Source: Cenococcum geophilum (Eukaryota). From it: 64,000 nucleotides of DNA. Made by a program: the position numbers and the translations under genes. Where the stretch lies: contig CP158635.1 in assembly GCA_050273025.1 (NCBI GenBank), positions 2,852,001-2,916,000 on the forward strand. The letters are read 5' to 3'. The first letter of the stretch is position 1. Each line of letters opens with the position of its first letter. The notes beneath the pieces are model-generated. The model was not told the DNA's origin and searched no databases. It saw nothing but the letters and a program-made list of their open reading frames with translations. This document shows positions 13,436 to 25,049 of this stretch, piece after piece.

Positions 13436-14020
13436 TAGATAACCTAGAATCTAATTTATAACGTATTTATAATATATTACGAATTAAATCTTATAAATGG
13501 AGTTTAGACTTAAATTTTAATAGGGTTTTATACCACTTTGGAACGTGTTTATAACACGTTAGGTAGCAAAAATAAAAGTTATTGGTTAAATTATAATATT
13601 TATTAAAATTTACTAATTTTAGCTCTTTCTAATAACTCCCTTTATATACTTTATAATTCTAATAATTTAATTATAAACTAATTATTATTTAAATTTTAAT
13701 AAAATAAGAGTTTTAATTTTTAAAAATAGTATAAATATATAGTAAAAAAAGCCTATTAAATTAAATTATTTTATAATAAATATAATTTTAAATAAAAATT
13801 ATATATTTAATAAAAATTTAAAGTATATTTACTTTAAGCTATTATAATAGTATTTTTTTTAAGTATTTATTTAAATATAAAAAATTATTAAACCTTTAAA
13901 TAATATATATATATATAAATAAAATATAAAATTAGTTAATATAAAACTTATTTTATTTAATATATTTTTAATTAAGTATTAGCTAATAGTTTTTATAAGT
14001 AACTATATTTATATATATAG

Positions 14021-14166
14021 TAGTAGTTCTTTAATTAACGTCTAATACGGATCCTATCTAGGCCCACACAGACTACTCCGTCATAGGGGGAAAACTTATA
14101 TATTTACAGAAAGAAAACCCTATAGTTTAGGGGAGGAAAAACCCTATAAGCTACCTTAGTTAGATA
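14021..14166 (-). mobile_element. 5'-truncated copy (146 bp) of the SINE-like element, with 16-bp TSD
   Basis: Reverse complement of ~48930-49079, including the AATTAAAGAACTACTA tail; ATATTTATATATATAG at 14005-14020 and 14167-14182. Confidence 0.85.
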
Positions 14167-14589
14167 ATATTTATATATATAGATAAGGCTTAAATATATA
14201 GATAGTAAGTAGTAAAATAATACATTTTTTTTAAATAGAATAAAGATAAATGTTTAGATTTCTTATAGCCTTTTCTCCTATTTTTTACTATTTAATAGTT
14301 ATTAGTACCTTAGTATTTTATTAAGTAACTATAAACCCCTAATTAAAAGATTTATAAATTATTAAAATATAATTACTAATATATATTAAGCTGCTTAAAA
14401 AGGATTTATATATATAGAACTATAGTGCTATAATCTAGAGACTGTATATATAGTATTATATATAGTATTAGACGTTATATAATAAAACAATCATTAAAAA
14501 AGGCCTAAATATAAGTATATCTTAATAGGAACTTAATAAGAACATATTTAGAACATATTTAGAACGTATTTAGAACGTATTTTATATTT

Positions 14590-17500
14590 AGTATACTCGT
14601 TATTACATATAAGCCTTTATTGCCTCTAATTAAATTCTTTTTTCCATATTCTCTAGCTCCCTTACCTCTAATTTAATCTCCATTTTACGAAGTTTAAGTC
14701 TCTAACATCTTTCTTAAATATCCTAGTTATTGCTTAAGGCCTAACGCTTTAGTAACTATAAGAGACCGGTGCTAATACGTCTAAAACGTATTAGTAACCG
14801 GTTATATATACATTAAAATATAAAGGCGGCCTTATAATTCCTTAGATGCTATAAAGGATAACCTAAAACGCGATACAGATCTAGATCTTAGCCCCCTTAA
14901 ACGCCAAGCAGAACTAGATCATAACCTTACTATACCTAATAATAATGCCTAAAATAAAATATTATCCTCGTTATTATTAGCAGCGGCCTACTCTAATTCT
15001 TCTTAAAGTTATTAACGTTTTTATTCTAAACGTATTAGGAACCGGTTTAGAAGAAAATCGCAATAAATATATACTCTCTCTACCTATATAGTTTATATAT
15101 CGGGCCGACATTAATGTGTTTCTTTACATATATTATATTCCGAACTAGTTCCTAGCAAAATACTAATTAACGTCCCGTTAATCTAGTTTTTGTACGCTAA
15201 ATATAATATAAGCATATTATAAACGGGTTAGGAATGTATTAATACCTTATAACAGCAGGAAGAAGAAACTACCGTATACCAAATGCATATAATTTATTTG
15301 CTGTTTATTCTACTACATTTATATAGTGTCTTAATCTATCAAATAGCTTATAATTAATCAGAGAGCAGTACTTATTTAAGCCTAAGGCGATAACTAGGTG
15401 TCTCTTATATCTCGCCCAGTTAGCAACTAATCGAGATTCGTGTGCTATGCTATTAACACCTTCTAAATAAATTATAAACGGGTTCAGAACAACTTACCAA
15501 TTAGTAAATTATAGAGTTCTTCGTATTTTAACTAGCTCTTATATATAAGAAGAGCTTTCATCCATTTATATACAGAGTAGGCCGTTTTATAGTTACCCGC
15601 GGCTCTTAAGATGCTTTATAGGAAGTATACTCAGCAGAAAACTAGTGTTTTCCTAAAATGCCACGTCCAATCGCGCCTATAAGGATCAATATGCTATAAA
15701 TACCGCCTAAACCCTTTTATAATACGTTAGGAAGGCGTTCTAATTACATTCTAGGTATCCTACCAGCCATTTACTTACCATCTATATTAGATATAACAGC
15801 TTTAAAGCCTTCCTTACCACCATAAATATATTTCCAACAAATCTACTTCTAAAGACATTTAGAAAGCAATTAAAAGACTCGCTTAAAGTATAACTAATAA
15901 GTACGCCTTATTTCCATATTAGTAATAACGCATGCAAGCGTAAATACTGTTAGAATATATTAGCATCGCGTTCTAAACGGGTTTATATTATATTCTAATA
16001 CTTTTACCATACTCTTTAAGCCAAACAGCGAATATAATCTCATTTATATTTCTTTTAATAATACGTTTAAAAGACATATCAACTTTAAATATGTTTTAGG
16101 ATAGGAAGATCTTAGCTTACTCTTATAGAAAGCAGATTATTATAAACCCGTTTTAATTATTATAGATCTGTTAGATATAAGCCTATAACATATTAGCAAG
16201 CCAATTAGAACGTGTTCGTAACGTATTTATTACCATTTTAGGATTTCGATGCTTTTAATTAAACTCATATACTACCCCTACTAGTCCTTTTCCTTCTGGG
16301 TATAGAGTAAGCTTCTCTTTTTAAATTATTCTAGTAATACGATCTATAGTAGCAAAGCTTACATAGATCTATACTAAAGAAGCCTTTCTATACTGCATAT
16401 AAAACTATTTAAGGGCAGGACTTCAAAGAAACTTTCCTATAAAGACGTTAGGTATTTATTCGCAATCAGTTTAGAACATATTTACTAAGAGTAAGATCTA
16501 GATTACGCATTTAACAAACCAACTTAATTACCTCATTTAATATCTCTAGAGGCGGCTTATTTAGGGGGGGTAGTGTATAACTATATACCCTATACGAGGT
16601 AAAATAAATATAAGGAGTCTCTTCTAAGTCGTCTAGAACAAAAACATAAAAAGTAACCTCGCAGTCCTAATGGATAAGTTTCCCTAGTCCCTAGGGGTAG
16701 TTAATTCCTATAAATACGTTACAAACATGTTATAAACGTAACCAGAATGCGTTCTAAGCAGGTTATATTTTTTTCTTACCGCAGTCTACCCTTCTACACA
16801 GATTTAATTTAATAACTCCGCATTTCTCCGTTGCATCGGCACCTATATTGCCTAGTTAAATAAGAGATATTAAATACGCAGTATCGTATTTCTCATTTGC
16901 TAGTAATGCTTTTCAGAAGTGCTCTAAATATATTTCCATAGTAGCCTATATGCAGGTAAGAAATAAGTGCTAAACGTTAGCAATATCCTAATATAATTAG
17001 TTCTAAACGTGATCTAGTTAGGTTCTAAACATATTTAGGTAAGATAATTACATACAGAGTATCTTTATTACTTAATTGTTAGTATACAAGCCTCTATTTA
17101 AGAGCTGCATACATTTCCAGCTTAAAATTATCTTTAAGCTGCTAAAAACAAGCTTATATACATTAACTTAAGTACTAAATATATTTAGAACCAGTTCCGT
17201 ACCTATTTATATTACATTTACAAATATCCGGGTCGCTTCTATCCAGGGCCGCCCGCTCTCTCTATATTAGACCCTACGTCTCTTTAGTAACTATAGTGTG
17301 GCTTAAAGATCGTAACCAATTCTAAAGATATTCGTAATATTTTACTCCTAAATAACGCATTTTATATTTTTTACCTCTTATATTTAAGAGAGCGGACATT
17401 ATAGGCTTAGGAGTATGCACTTATTTAGTTTTGTATTAGATCTAAACGCGTTATAAACTAGTTATAAATATAGTTAGGGCATAATTTAGATTTTTATTAA

Positions 17501-17925
17501 CTTACCTATATAGCTTTTTGTGCATCTATGCCTCTTAAGTTAATACGGTAAGTATAACCTTTATATAGCGTCTATAGGTACTCTAAAAGACTTAAACAAT
17601 CCTTAATTATAAGTATAGTAAGAGGATTAGTAAATGCCTTAGTAAGAAATGTAATATAAGGAACTTCAGGCTAAATACGTTTAAAACTAGATTAGAACGC
17701 GTTTAGAACGTATTAAAAACTTACCTTAATTTAATCTTGCGGCTATATTTAACTCTCTTCTAGCATATAATCTTCTAACCTAAGGATACTATCTTCTAAA
17801 TTAATTTTAAACTTATTTTTATTATTACTAGAGAAATCTAGTAGCTAGTAATTATTAGATAGATCTGTTTAAATTAGAATATATTCCAAACATATTACAA
17901 ATACGTTATAACTAGTTACCTATAA
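14590..17925 (-). pseudogene. Multi-intron MULE-like DDE transposase relic
   Basis: Minus-strand exons give TFKVDMSFKR (~16063-16092), GFKAVISNID (~15780-15810) and GFRRYL*HIDP...TLVFC*VYF (RIPed CxxH, ~15621-15720), plus N-terminal RYLGVKYYEYL (likely C-x-G-x-K-C-C-EYL). A D...D...CxxH layout is characteristic of the Mutator/hAT/P/Kolobok group. Ends are approximate. Confidence 0.65.
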
Positions 17926-18598
17926 TAGTTGGTTCTGTTTTGGAGCCGAGAGGTAAATTATATGGTGGGATAAGCAATTTACGCTCGGTTGACCACGTAA
18001 TCTTATATTTTCAGCTAAGGCTGCCCCGTGCAGGGATTGTGCATTAGCGCTTATAGTAGACCCACCCTTTAGCGTGGCCTAACCGACTTGTAACTACCTA
18101 ATCCACCTTTATTACCAAGTGACCAGGGATCCTTGATCGCTTAATTTGGAGGTACCAACCCATGTGGCGACGTCGCATGACACAGCACTCCCTGGTCACC
18201 ACAAGGCTGAAAATGATTTTTCAGCATCGTGGTGAGGCTCGGAAACCCAGATCAAAGTGTTATATAAGTTTGAAAGGCGCAAAGAGCTCGTGGTGGTGCT
18301 GTAGGTCGAGGGGTTCTGTTATACTTCAAATTGACGCCCTCCGCAATCAGGCGCGACGGCGACGACGTGATTGTAAATTTCAAAGTAGCTGGAGTTTGGA
18401 CTGTTCAGGAGTGGTCACGCAATATAACTGACACAAAAATACCGGAATTTTCATTGAATTCACAAATTTAGAATCAATTGAATTCAAAGTACCAATAGTT
18501 TGTCTCGTCACGGGGTGCGTCTCTCGATGCAGGGATGCACGTTACTGTATACGAAGCAAGACATAAGCATATCTCATTGGTTACACACACGATCTAAG

Positions 18599-18663
18599 AG
18601 ACAAGGGGCAAAGACAAGGGGCAAAGACAGGGGGCAAAGACAGGGGGCAGAGACAGGGGGCAG
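18599..18663 (+). repeat. 13-bp tandem repeat x5, AGACA(A/G)GGGGCA(A/G)
   Basis: Five consecutive units are directly visible. Confidence 0.95.
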
Positions 18664-19063
18664 AAAATTCTTGGTCTGAACTCAGGTACCCATCCAGCTC
18701 CCTTGCCTAATTCTAATTATATCCGGGATCGACGAGGAGCCGCATCGGGGCCCTCAATCGTCCAATAGAGATAGGATCCAAGTGACTCCCCTGCCTCTTT
18801 CCAATTATAGCCTTGGCGATCGACAGGATCGACAGGGGCCCCGCAACCCGTTCGATAAGCGAGAGTCAGAGACGCTGCTATGATCCCCTCCAACGCTTAC
18901 TCTAAAACACTTTCTTAATGAGTTGATCTTAAAACCTTTGAATCCCACAACAACGAGCGGTTGCTTTAACTAGATTTCGAAACCCATCATTTATAAGAAC
19001 AAGTCCAGCCCTACCCATTTGACGATACTCCGTTACCTGCAGTCCCACCCATTGGATTCAATT

Positions 19064-19714
19064 ATGGATTCTGTTACGTCTCGAAGCGTGTTTCCTACGC
19101 CTAAAGTGGTTTCAGCTAGGCGATCCACCAGAATGGTGCCACTGGCAACAGGACATGGCGTCCATTTGACCACTACGTGCTTGTTGAACGGGCCCACCTC
19201 GAGAATGAGCGTCTCTGAAATTTACGAATGGCTTGCTGAAAAGTATCCGAGCTACCTATACACAAAACGTAAGATTCGCCATGTTCTAAGACATGATTCC
19301 GAGAGAACGAGTCCTAGATTTGTTATTGCTAACAAAAATCGTATCGCGGGAGTGCCAATTCGATGGACTATTCGGCCTGGAACAGAGGCTCAACTCCACC
19401 GATTGTTCAGTGGCCCTCCCCCTGCCGAGCCTCAATTTCCCCGGTCCTACGACGGCCTTTCTCAACTAATTTACTGCGTTCTTTGCAACCGACGGTTTGA
19501 TCGCCACGAGAGTGTTGCGAGACACCAACGAGAGGCCCATCTTAGCGAGCCGGGGATGGGGTCAAAATATGCTGCTGGCGAAGCCCCTCCCGAAGACCAG
19601 TCTTCTGCAATTACCAACACCCGGCGTGATCGAACTTGGGACCGCCGGCCTTCAGAAGAGCCCTTATCAATAGTAACCACGTTTGAGGAGGCGGATGGGA
19701 GTGAGGTCGTTTAA
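19064..19714 (+). CDS. Divergent forkhead-like domain plus C2H2 zinc-finger protein
   Basis: RMSVSEIYEWLAEKYPSY...IRHVL...RFV...WTIRP aligns by eye with the forkhead consensus (LTLSEIYEWI...FPYY...IRHNL...F...WTLDP); CVLCNRRFDRHESVARHQREAH is a C2H2 finger. First ATG at 19064; no evident RIP bias. Confidence 0.7.
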   Translation: MDSVTSRSVFPTPKVVSARRSTRMVPLATGHGVHLTTTCLLNGPTSRMSVSEIYEWLAEKYPSYLYTKRKIRHVLRHDSERTSPRFVIANKNRIAGVPIRWTIRPGTEAQLHRLFSGPPPAEPQFPRSYDGLSQLIYCVLCNRRFDRHESVARHQREAHLSEPGMGSKYAAGEAPPEDQSSAITNTRRDRTWDRRPSEEPLSIVTTFEEADGSEVV

Positions 19715-20482
19715 AGTCCTGATGCAGTAATTAGGGGAAATGGCGCTCTTCAACGGAGACTTCGAGACTGTTCCAGGAGGGAGTTGTCTGTCGATGGCAG
19801 CACGAATCATAAGTTGTACACTAAAGCGGCGATAGTATCAGCCAGAGGGATAGTGGAGCTGGCTCGAGTAAAGATCGATGGAGGCAGCCTACACAACCTT
19901 CTTCCTCGATCGATAGCCAGTAGACTCGGATTACCTCTACACTTCGGCAGCAGTATTAGAGTAAGAGTCGCCAACTGCACAGCTCTGACCGATCAATATT
20001 GCCGATTAACCATCAAAGTGGCTGGTATTGAAACAACAATCAATACTTGCGTGGTTTCCGAACTGTCTTCCCTTCTGCTAGGTTGGGAATGGACTCAAGA
20101 GGTTAATTTGTTGAGTGATCTTAGAAATTACAGGTACTATATCCCAAGGCCCCATGAGAACCTGAACGAGCTTCCCGCTCATGGGTCTATAGCTGAGGCC
20201 GAGGCTGAGACGGAGTTTGCAATGGGAGCTGCTGTAATAAGAGAAGAGACTCTATTGGCTAAAGAGGCGCCAACCGCTCTTAGGGGTGATGAAGGGCACG
20301 GCGACGAGGAGTGCGACCTTCGTGAATTGGCAAGTGTTGATGCGTCTGCCACAGGAGATGAGACGATAAGTGATGCTGAATTTTTCGCGGATGCTGTCTC
20401 CTATCAAAGCTCAGATGACGACCTTTACTATATTGATCGACTGGCAGAAGGAAGGGAACTAGGAGTAGGGGGTAAGAAGTAA
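19715..20482 (+). CDS. Retropepsin-like aspartic protease domain with acidic tail, in frame with the upstream ORF
   Basis: ARVKIDGGSLHNLL (D-G-G-S active-site motif), a VRVAN flap region and the LLLGWEW helix motif. The frame is open from 19715 with no ATG before the protease domain. Confidence 0.65.
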   Translation, partial: SPDAVIRGNGALQRRLRDCSRRELSVDGSTNHKLYTKAAIVSARGIVELARVKIDGGSLHNLLPRSIASRLGLPLHFGSSIRVRVANCTALTDQYCRLTIKVAGIETTINTCVVSELSSLLLGWEWTQEVNLLSDLRNYRYYIPRPHENLNELPAHGSIAEAEAETEFAMGAAVIREETLLAKEAPTALRGDEGHGDEECDLRELASVDASATGDETISDAEFFADAVSYQSSDDDLYYIDRLAEGRELGVGGKK

Positions 20483-21189
20483 AGCGTGAAGGCAAGGTCT
20501 AATAGATCACTTGCGAGAGAACTGCGATATTGACCGAATTTAACCGACGCGTTATTAGTCTTTAACTTTCTTGACTTGTAGATGACCGTAATATTATGTA
20601 ACGCGTTCCAATTGTTTATGATCTTAAGATGACCAAAAGGCCTTTGAAATTAATCGTATAATAAAACTAGTCGTACAATATTGAGCCTGTGTGTTTGGGC
20701 CCTTTAGTCACATGACCACGAGGACTGAATGGCTTTTTGTTGCACATCGCAAAAAGAAAAGGGCACTTTTTGTCCGGCAAGTCGGTGCAGTGCAGATTAT
20801 AGGAATGCTCCGGATTTTTGTATCATCAGCCGAAGTAGTTTGGTAAAATTTCAGCTTGCTCTAAGTTCTACTAGACCGAATTCGTGCACTTCAAGCCAAA
20901 GCAGTCCGAATAACACTACTGGACTGCGGACTACTTTGGCTTGAAGTATGAATAAGGCACATACGCCATTGTGTAGTATGTTAAAGTATTATACTTTAGA
21001 CGCAATCACTTTAAGGTGCAATATTTCAAACCGATGTATATGCAGTTGTAGTACTCCGAATCTAAAAATAGTTTCGAGTAGTAAACTAGTTACGGTTACT
21101 AATCCACAAGGTGATTCGTTGTGGAACTAGTGACGCGGCGGAGGGAGGCGATAGAGTGAGTGAGGGGTCGAATTGGGTCCCAAGGCGCT

Positions 21190-21470
21190 GGCGTATGAGG
21201 AACACTGGTGTTGGGAATGGAGCAAAAATTCGGGTCCCTGACAGTAGCGAATCCGTCACGCCGGCGCTTGAGGAACGCCAGCGTTGGAGATGGAGCAAAA
21301 TTGGGCTCCCTTACGCTGGCGCATCCGTTGCGATGGCGCTTGAGGAACGCCAGCATTGGAGATGGAGCAAAATTGGGCTCCCTTACGCTGGCGCATCCGT
21401 TACGATGGCGCTTGACGAGCGCCGGCGTTGAGAATGGAGCAAAGGGCTCCCTGACGCTGGCGTATTCATT
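21190..21470 (+). repeat. GC-rich 72-bp tandem repeat, about 4 copies
   Basis: The GGCGCTTGAGGAACGCCAGC...GGAGCAAAATTGGGCTCCCTTACGCTGGCG unit starts at 21263, 21335 and 21407, with a diverged copy near 21190. Confidence 0.9.
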
Positions 21471-22024
21471 GCACTGACGCCTGGAATGGAGGTGGGAGCG
21501 TTCTTCTAGGATTATTCTCCTGGAGGCCCTGCCCTCCCCGAAGATTTGTCCTGGCCGCTACAATGATCAAGGAGCGTTCTGCAGGGAGGCTTGCTCCCAG
21601 AAGCTTTCTCCTCCGTAGAAAGTGCACGTGATCCCCCTTTAGATCTCTCTGCGAGACGCTTGAAAGAATGCGGTGTTATTACAAAATACTCACCTGAGGA
21701 GAGAAGGGTTGTCTAGCTTAAATAAGGAAGATGCTTGTTAGCTCACGTGACATCACACTGTGACAATGTCGTGTTGTCTCAGCATGCTCAGACCAAGAAA
21801 CCGATAAATATCCGCTGCGCGGATAATCGAATATCCGCAAGCTAACCTATTCAATCAATCCATCTATTCCTTGGTCTAAGCCACTTTAGCAAGCTTTTAG
21901 AAGCTGAGCCGCTCTATTTATATAAGGCAAACCATTAACTTTAACGAAATTAATATAAGCAACTGCTACGTCTATTATCCTGTAAATACCTGCGTTAGAA
22001 TTACCTTAATTAGCTCTCTAATTA

Positions 22025-24830
22025 ATGGATTTTCTAGAACTAACTGCTAGCCATAGGTGCATCCAAAAGGCGTTAAAGAAACCCCTCTACTTCATCTAGC
22101 AGGAGCCAGTCTTCTTAAGCTTTTAACAATAAACTACCTTCTCCATCTACTAATACCGCTAGAGGATTAAGAGATATAGCGGATATAGTACCTAAGGACA
22201 TCAGCGGTCTCGTCCCACCCCTATCATCTCCCCTATTACTATCCTCAGCTTAAATACGGTCCTTAATAGCCCACTTACCGCCACTAAACTATATAGATCC
22301 CCAAGAGGATAAAGAAGTAGGAGTTAATAAAATACCTATAATATCCGTAATATCCGCAATATCCGCTAAGAGGATATCCGCTGCAGAGAAGGTCCGGGCA
22401 ATTATTAACCGTCTTAGGCTATAGCGGATATCTATAGGAGACCTAGCACTTAAATAGATTATAATAGCTAAAGGTTTATATAAGGCACTAAAAAAAAAAA
22501 GAGTAAGGGAGCTTCTTAGTAAACTCCTAGAGGATGCTAATATCCTAGATATCTATACTAAAGAGATAGAGAAACGCGGTATAGTAGGTACTAGTATTAC
22601 TCTTACCATCTAGGGAGAGCTTAAAGAGCTAAGGGAGAAAGAGTTACTATTTAGCGGCTTTAACTAATATACGGATATTAAGCAGCTTAACCTTAGGCAG
22701 TGCTATTAAGCTATAAAGACTTACGTACCTACACTAGAGCATATAATTATAGCATATTAAAAGGGTTAATATAAACATTCTCTATATAAAGGCCGTGCGG
22801 TTCTAATAGCTTCTATACTTATATTTAGCCTTTTACAAAACTCCACAAATTATATCCTACAGCTGTTAGGGATATATCTCTAAGCTAACGGCGTTAAGCG
22901 CCACGTGCTTTCTGTGCTCTATAGGCTTGGATTAATTAATAGTTATACTACTCTAAATTAGTAGAAGGAGCGGGTAGCCCAGGAGTTAAGGTTTAGCCTA
23001 TAATCTCCGCGGTATAGGCGCACACTAACCTATATATAGGTGAAAATCCGTTTAATGGGTGCCGCTTCTAATACGATTGTTATCTATAATAACTTTAACT
23101 ACCTCTAACAAGTTTAGTATTAAACACTTAGGGATACTAGGACGTTCTATTCGCGCATAACTAGCAAGCTTATCTTTAGCATATATATACCTAATAGTAG
23201 GCTTTAATAAAGTATGCTTTATACGGATATCCTAATTAAGTTCTTAGATATTATAGAGGCTCCAGGTAATTTACAAGACGAGATATAGAAGCAGATCTTA
23301 ATAGCTTTAATTTATAAAGCTATTATAGAAGCGTACCTAGGCCTTAATATATTACTTAGCAAAAACCTACGGTTTAAACATCTATATATGCCTACTATTA
23401 ATATAATACCCGCTGCGCGGACGTCTGGGCTTAACCTAGGACCTATTATAACTGGAGAGGCTTCTATATCTAAAACCTAGAGGGTACTAGACAACATCTT
23501 TCTCTATTAAATAAATCTATAACGTACTAATAAAGTATTTAAGGAGCGACTGTTTCTAATCTATAGTAATCAAAAAACCACAAAGCTTATTTAGTTGTAT
23601 TGGGGAGAATATATTAAGTTAATATCCGCCTACAATAGCCTGCGTTAGGCTCTGCCTATTCTAGCTCTTTAGCACCTAAAGCTAAACTACCTATATATAG
23701 TTATACGGTATCACTATAGTAGCAAGTAATTAGCCTAAGAGTACTCTATGCTGTATACCTATATAAACCACCTAGGCCGAAGGAATATCCCAGCCAAGCA
23801 CGCGCCGTTTTATCATATAGAGGAGCTAATTCTCCATAGCTTTAACGCTCGTATTATAGCATTGCTCTATACTTAGATTAAGGACTCCTATAACACTAAG
23901 TCGCCTATAGATATTAAGTGGTACCTTAAGAGTTTATCTCCGCAACGTCTATTAGTAGTAGTTAAGGATATCCGCACAGCTGTTTTTGGTTAAGAAGTCT
24001 CTCAGGCAGCTAACTATACTAGCCAGCCTACGGAACCGTAGCGAAAGGGTTACCCTAAGTAGGCTAGCAGTGCTATATCCTTATAAACACTTCCTAAGCC
24101 TGCTAATATAGAGTTTCTAACGTATGTCCGCTTCTTATAACTAGTAGAGACATATAAAGTCCTTAAGCACGCTATTAAGCTTATAGATATCGGCCTGCTT
24201 AGCCACGTACTCCCCCGCATCTATATCTATTTCATAGGTAGTTAGAATAAGAACTATTTACCAAAGATATTACGTTTTTTCCAGTTAACTTTAATAGATG
24301 CCTATTCCCCTAAGCTCTAGCAAGCTATCCTAGTAATAGTTTAGTAAATAACCGCGGCAAATAAAATAGTTACTACCCAATAGATCTTAATAATAAGTTA
24401 CTTAATAGGGAGCTGAAGTAGCTTATACACGCTTATAGCAATTTAACGTTTAACCTAGACTTGCTCTTTCGCTAGAGTATTTATATAACTAATTATATAG
24501 GGCCACTACGTGTAAAGTTTAAGATCATATTTGGCGAACGGATGTTTACTTGATATACTGTTAAATCTACTATAGTAGATATTTAATTGCTTGCTAATGC
24601 AATTACCGTAGGCTCTATTATTTGCCGTTAGGCATAGCAAGCAAAGATAGAAACGCCACCTCTATTATAACTAGGCATTAAACGGCTTAATTAATCTGCC
24701 CTTAACGAGTTCAATTTATAGCTAAGCGGTAATCTTTCCGCTATATTTAATAAGCTTAATCTCCATAACAATAATAATAAGTTAGATAGCTTTATGCTAC
24801 CTACTAACTTTACTTAAACCTAGCTTTAAC
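22025..24830 (+). pseudogene. Academ-type (DUF6589-like) transposase relic
   Basis: IVIYNNFNY (~23076-23102; YDN), LFLIYSNQKT (~23550-23580; GDQ.T) and PILAL*HLKLNY (~23655-23690; WH..N); probable intron ~22991-23039. Ends are approximate. Confidence 0.75.
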
Positions 24831-25049
24831 CTACGTATAAGCTGCTTAATAAGTAATATAAGATATTAGCCATAAGCTACTACTATAACCGTTTAATATC
24901 CGCTATAGTTAGTAGCACTAGTATATATTCCTAAGTAATTAATATTATTAATTAATTAATCTATTTAGTTCCTAGGCCGCGCTTACTAGGGATATAAAGT
25001 AGGAGGGGGAGGGGGGATTATCCTAATAGATATTAGCTACTGTAGTTAT

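Larger units (their letters stand above)
12146..18090. mobile_element. RIP-degenerate TIR DNA transposon with two convergent intron-rich genes, flanked by TA
   Basis: Left CAGGTCGGTCGGACCACGCTAAA (12146-12168) is an imperfect inverted match to right TTTAGCGTGGCCTAACCGACTTG (18068-18090). TA lies on both outer sides, and the AT-rich RIP zone coincides with this span. Confidence 0.8.

Noticed and set aside
13560..14004. Extremely AT-rich tract as a centromere or origin
   Set aside because: It lies between the two convergent genes inside a RIPed transposon; heavy RIP is a sufficient explanation.
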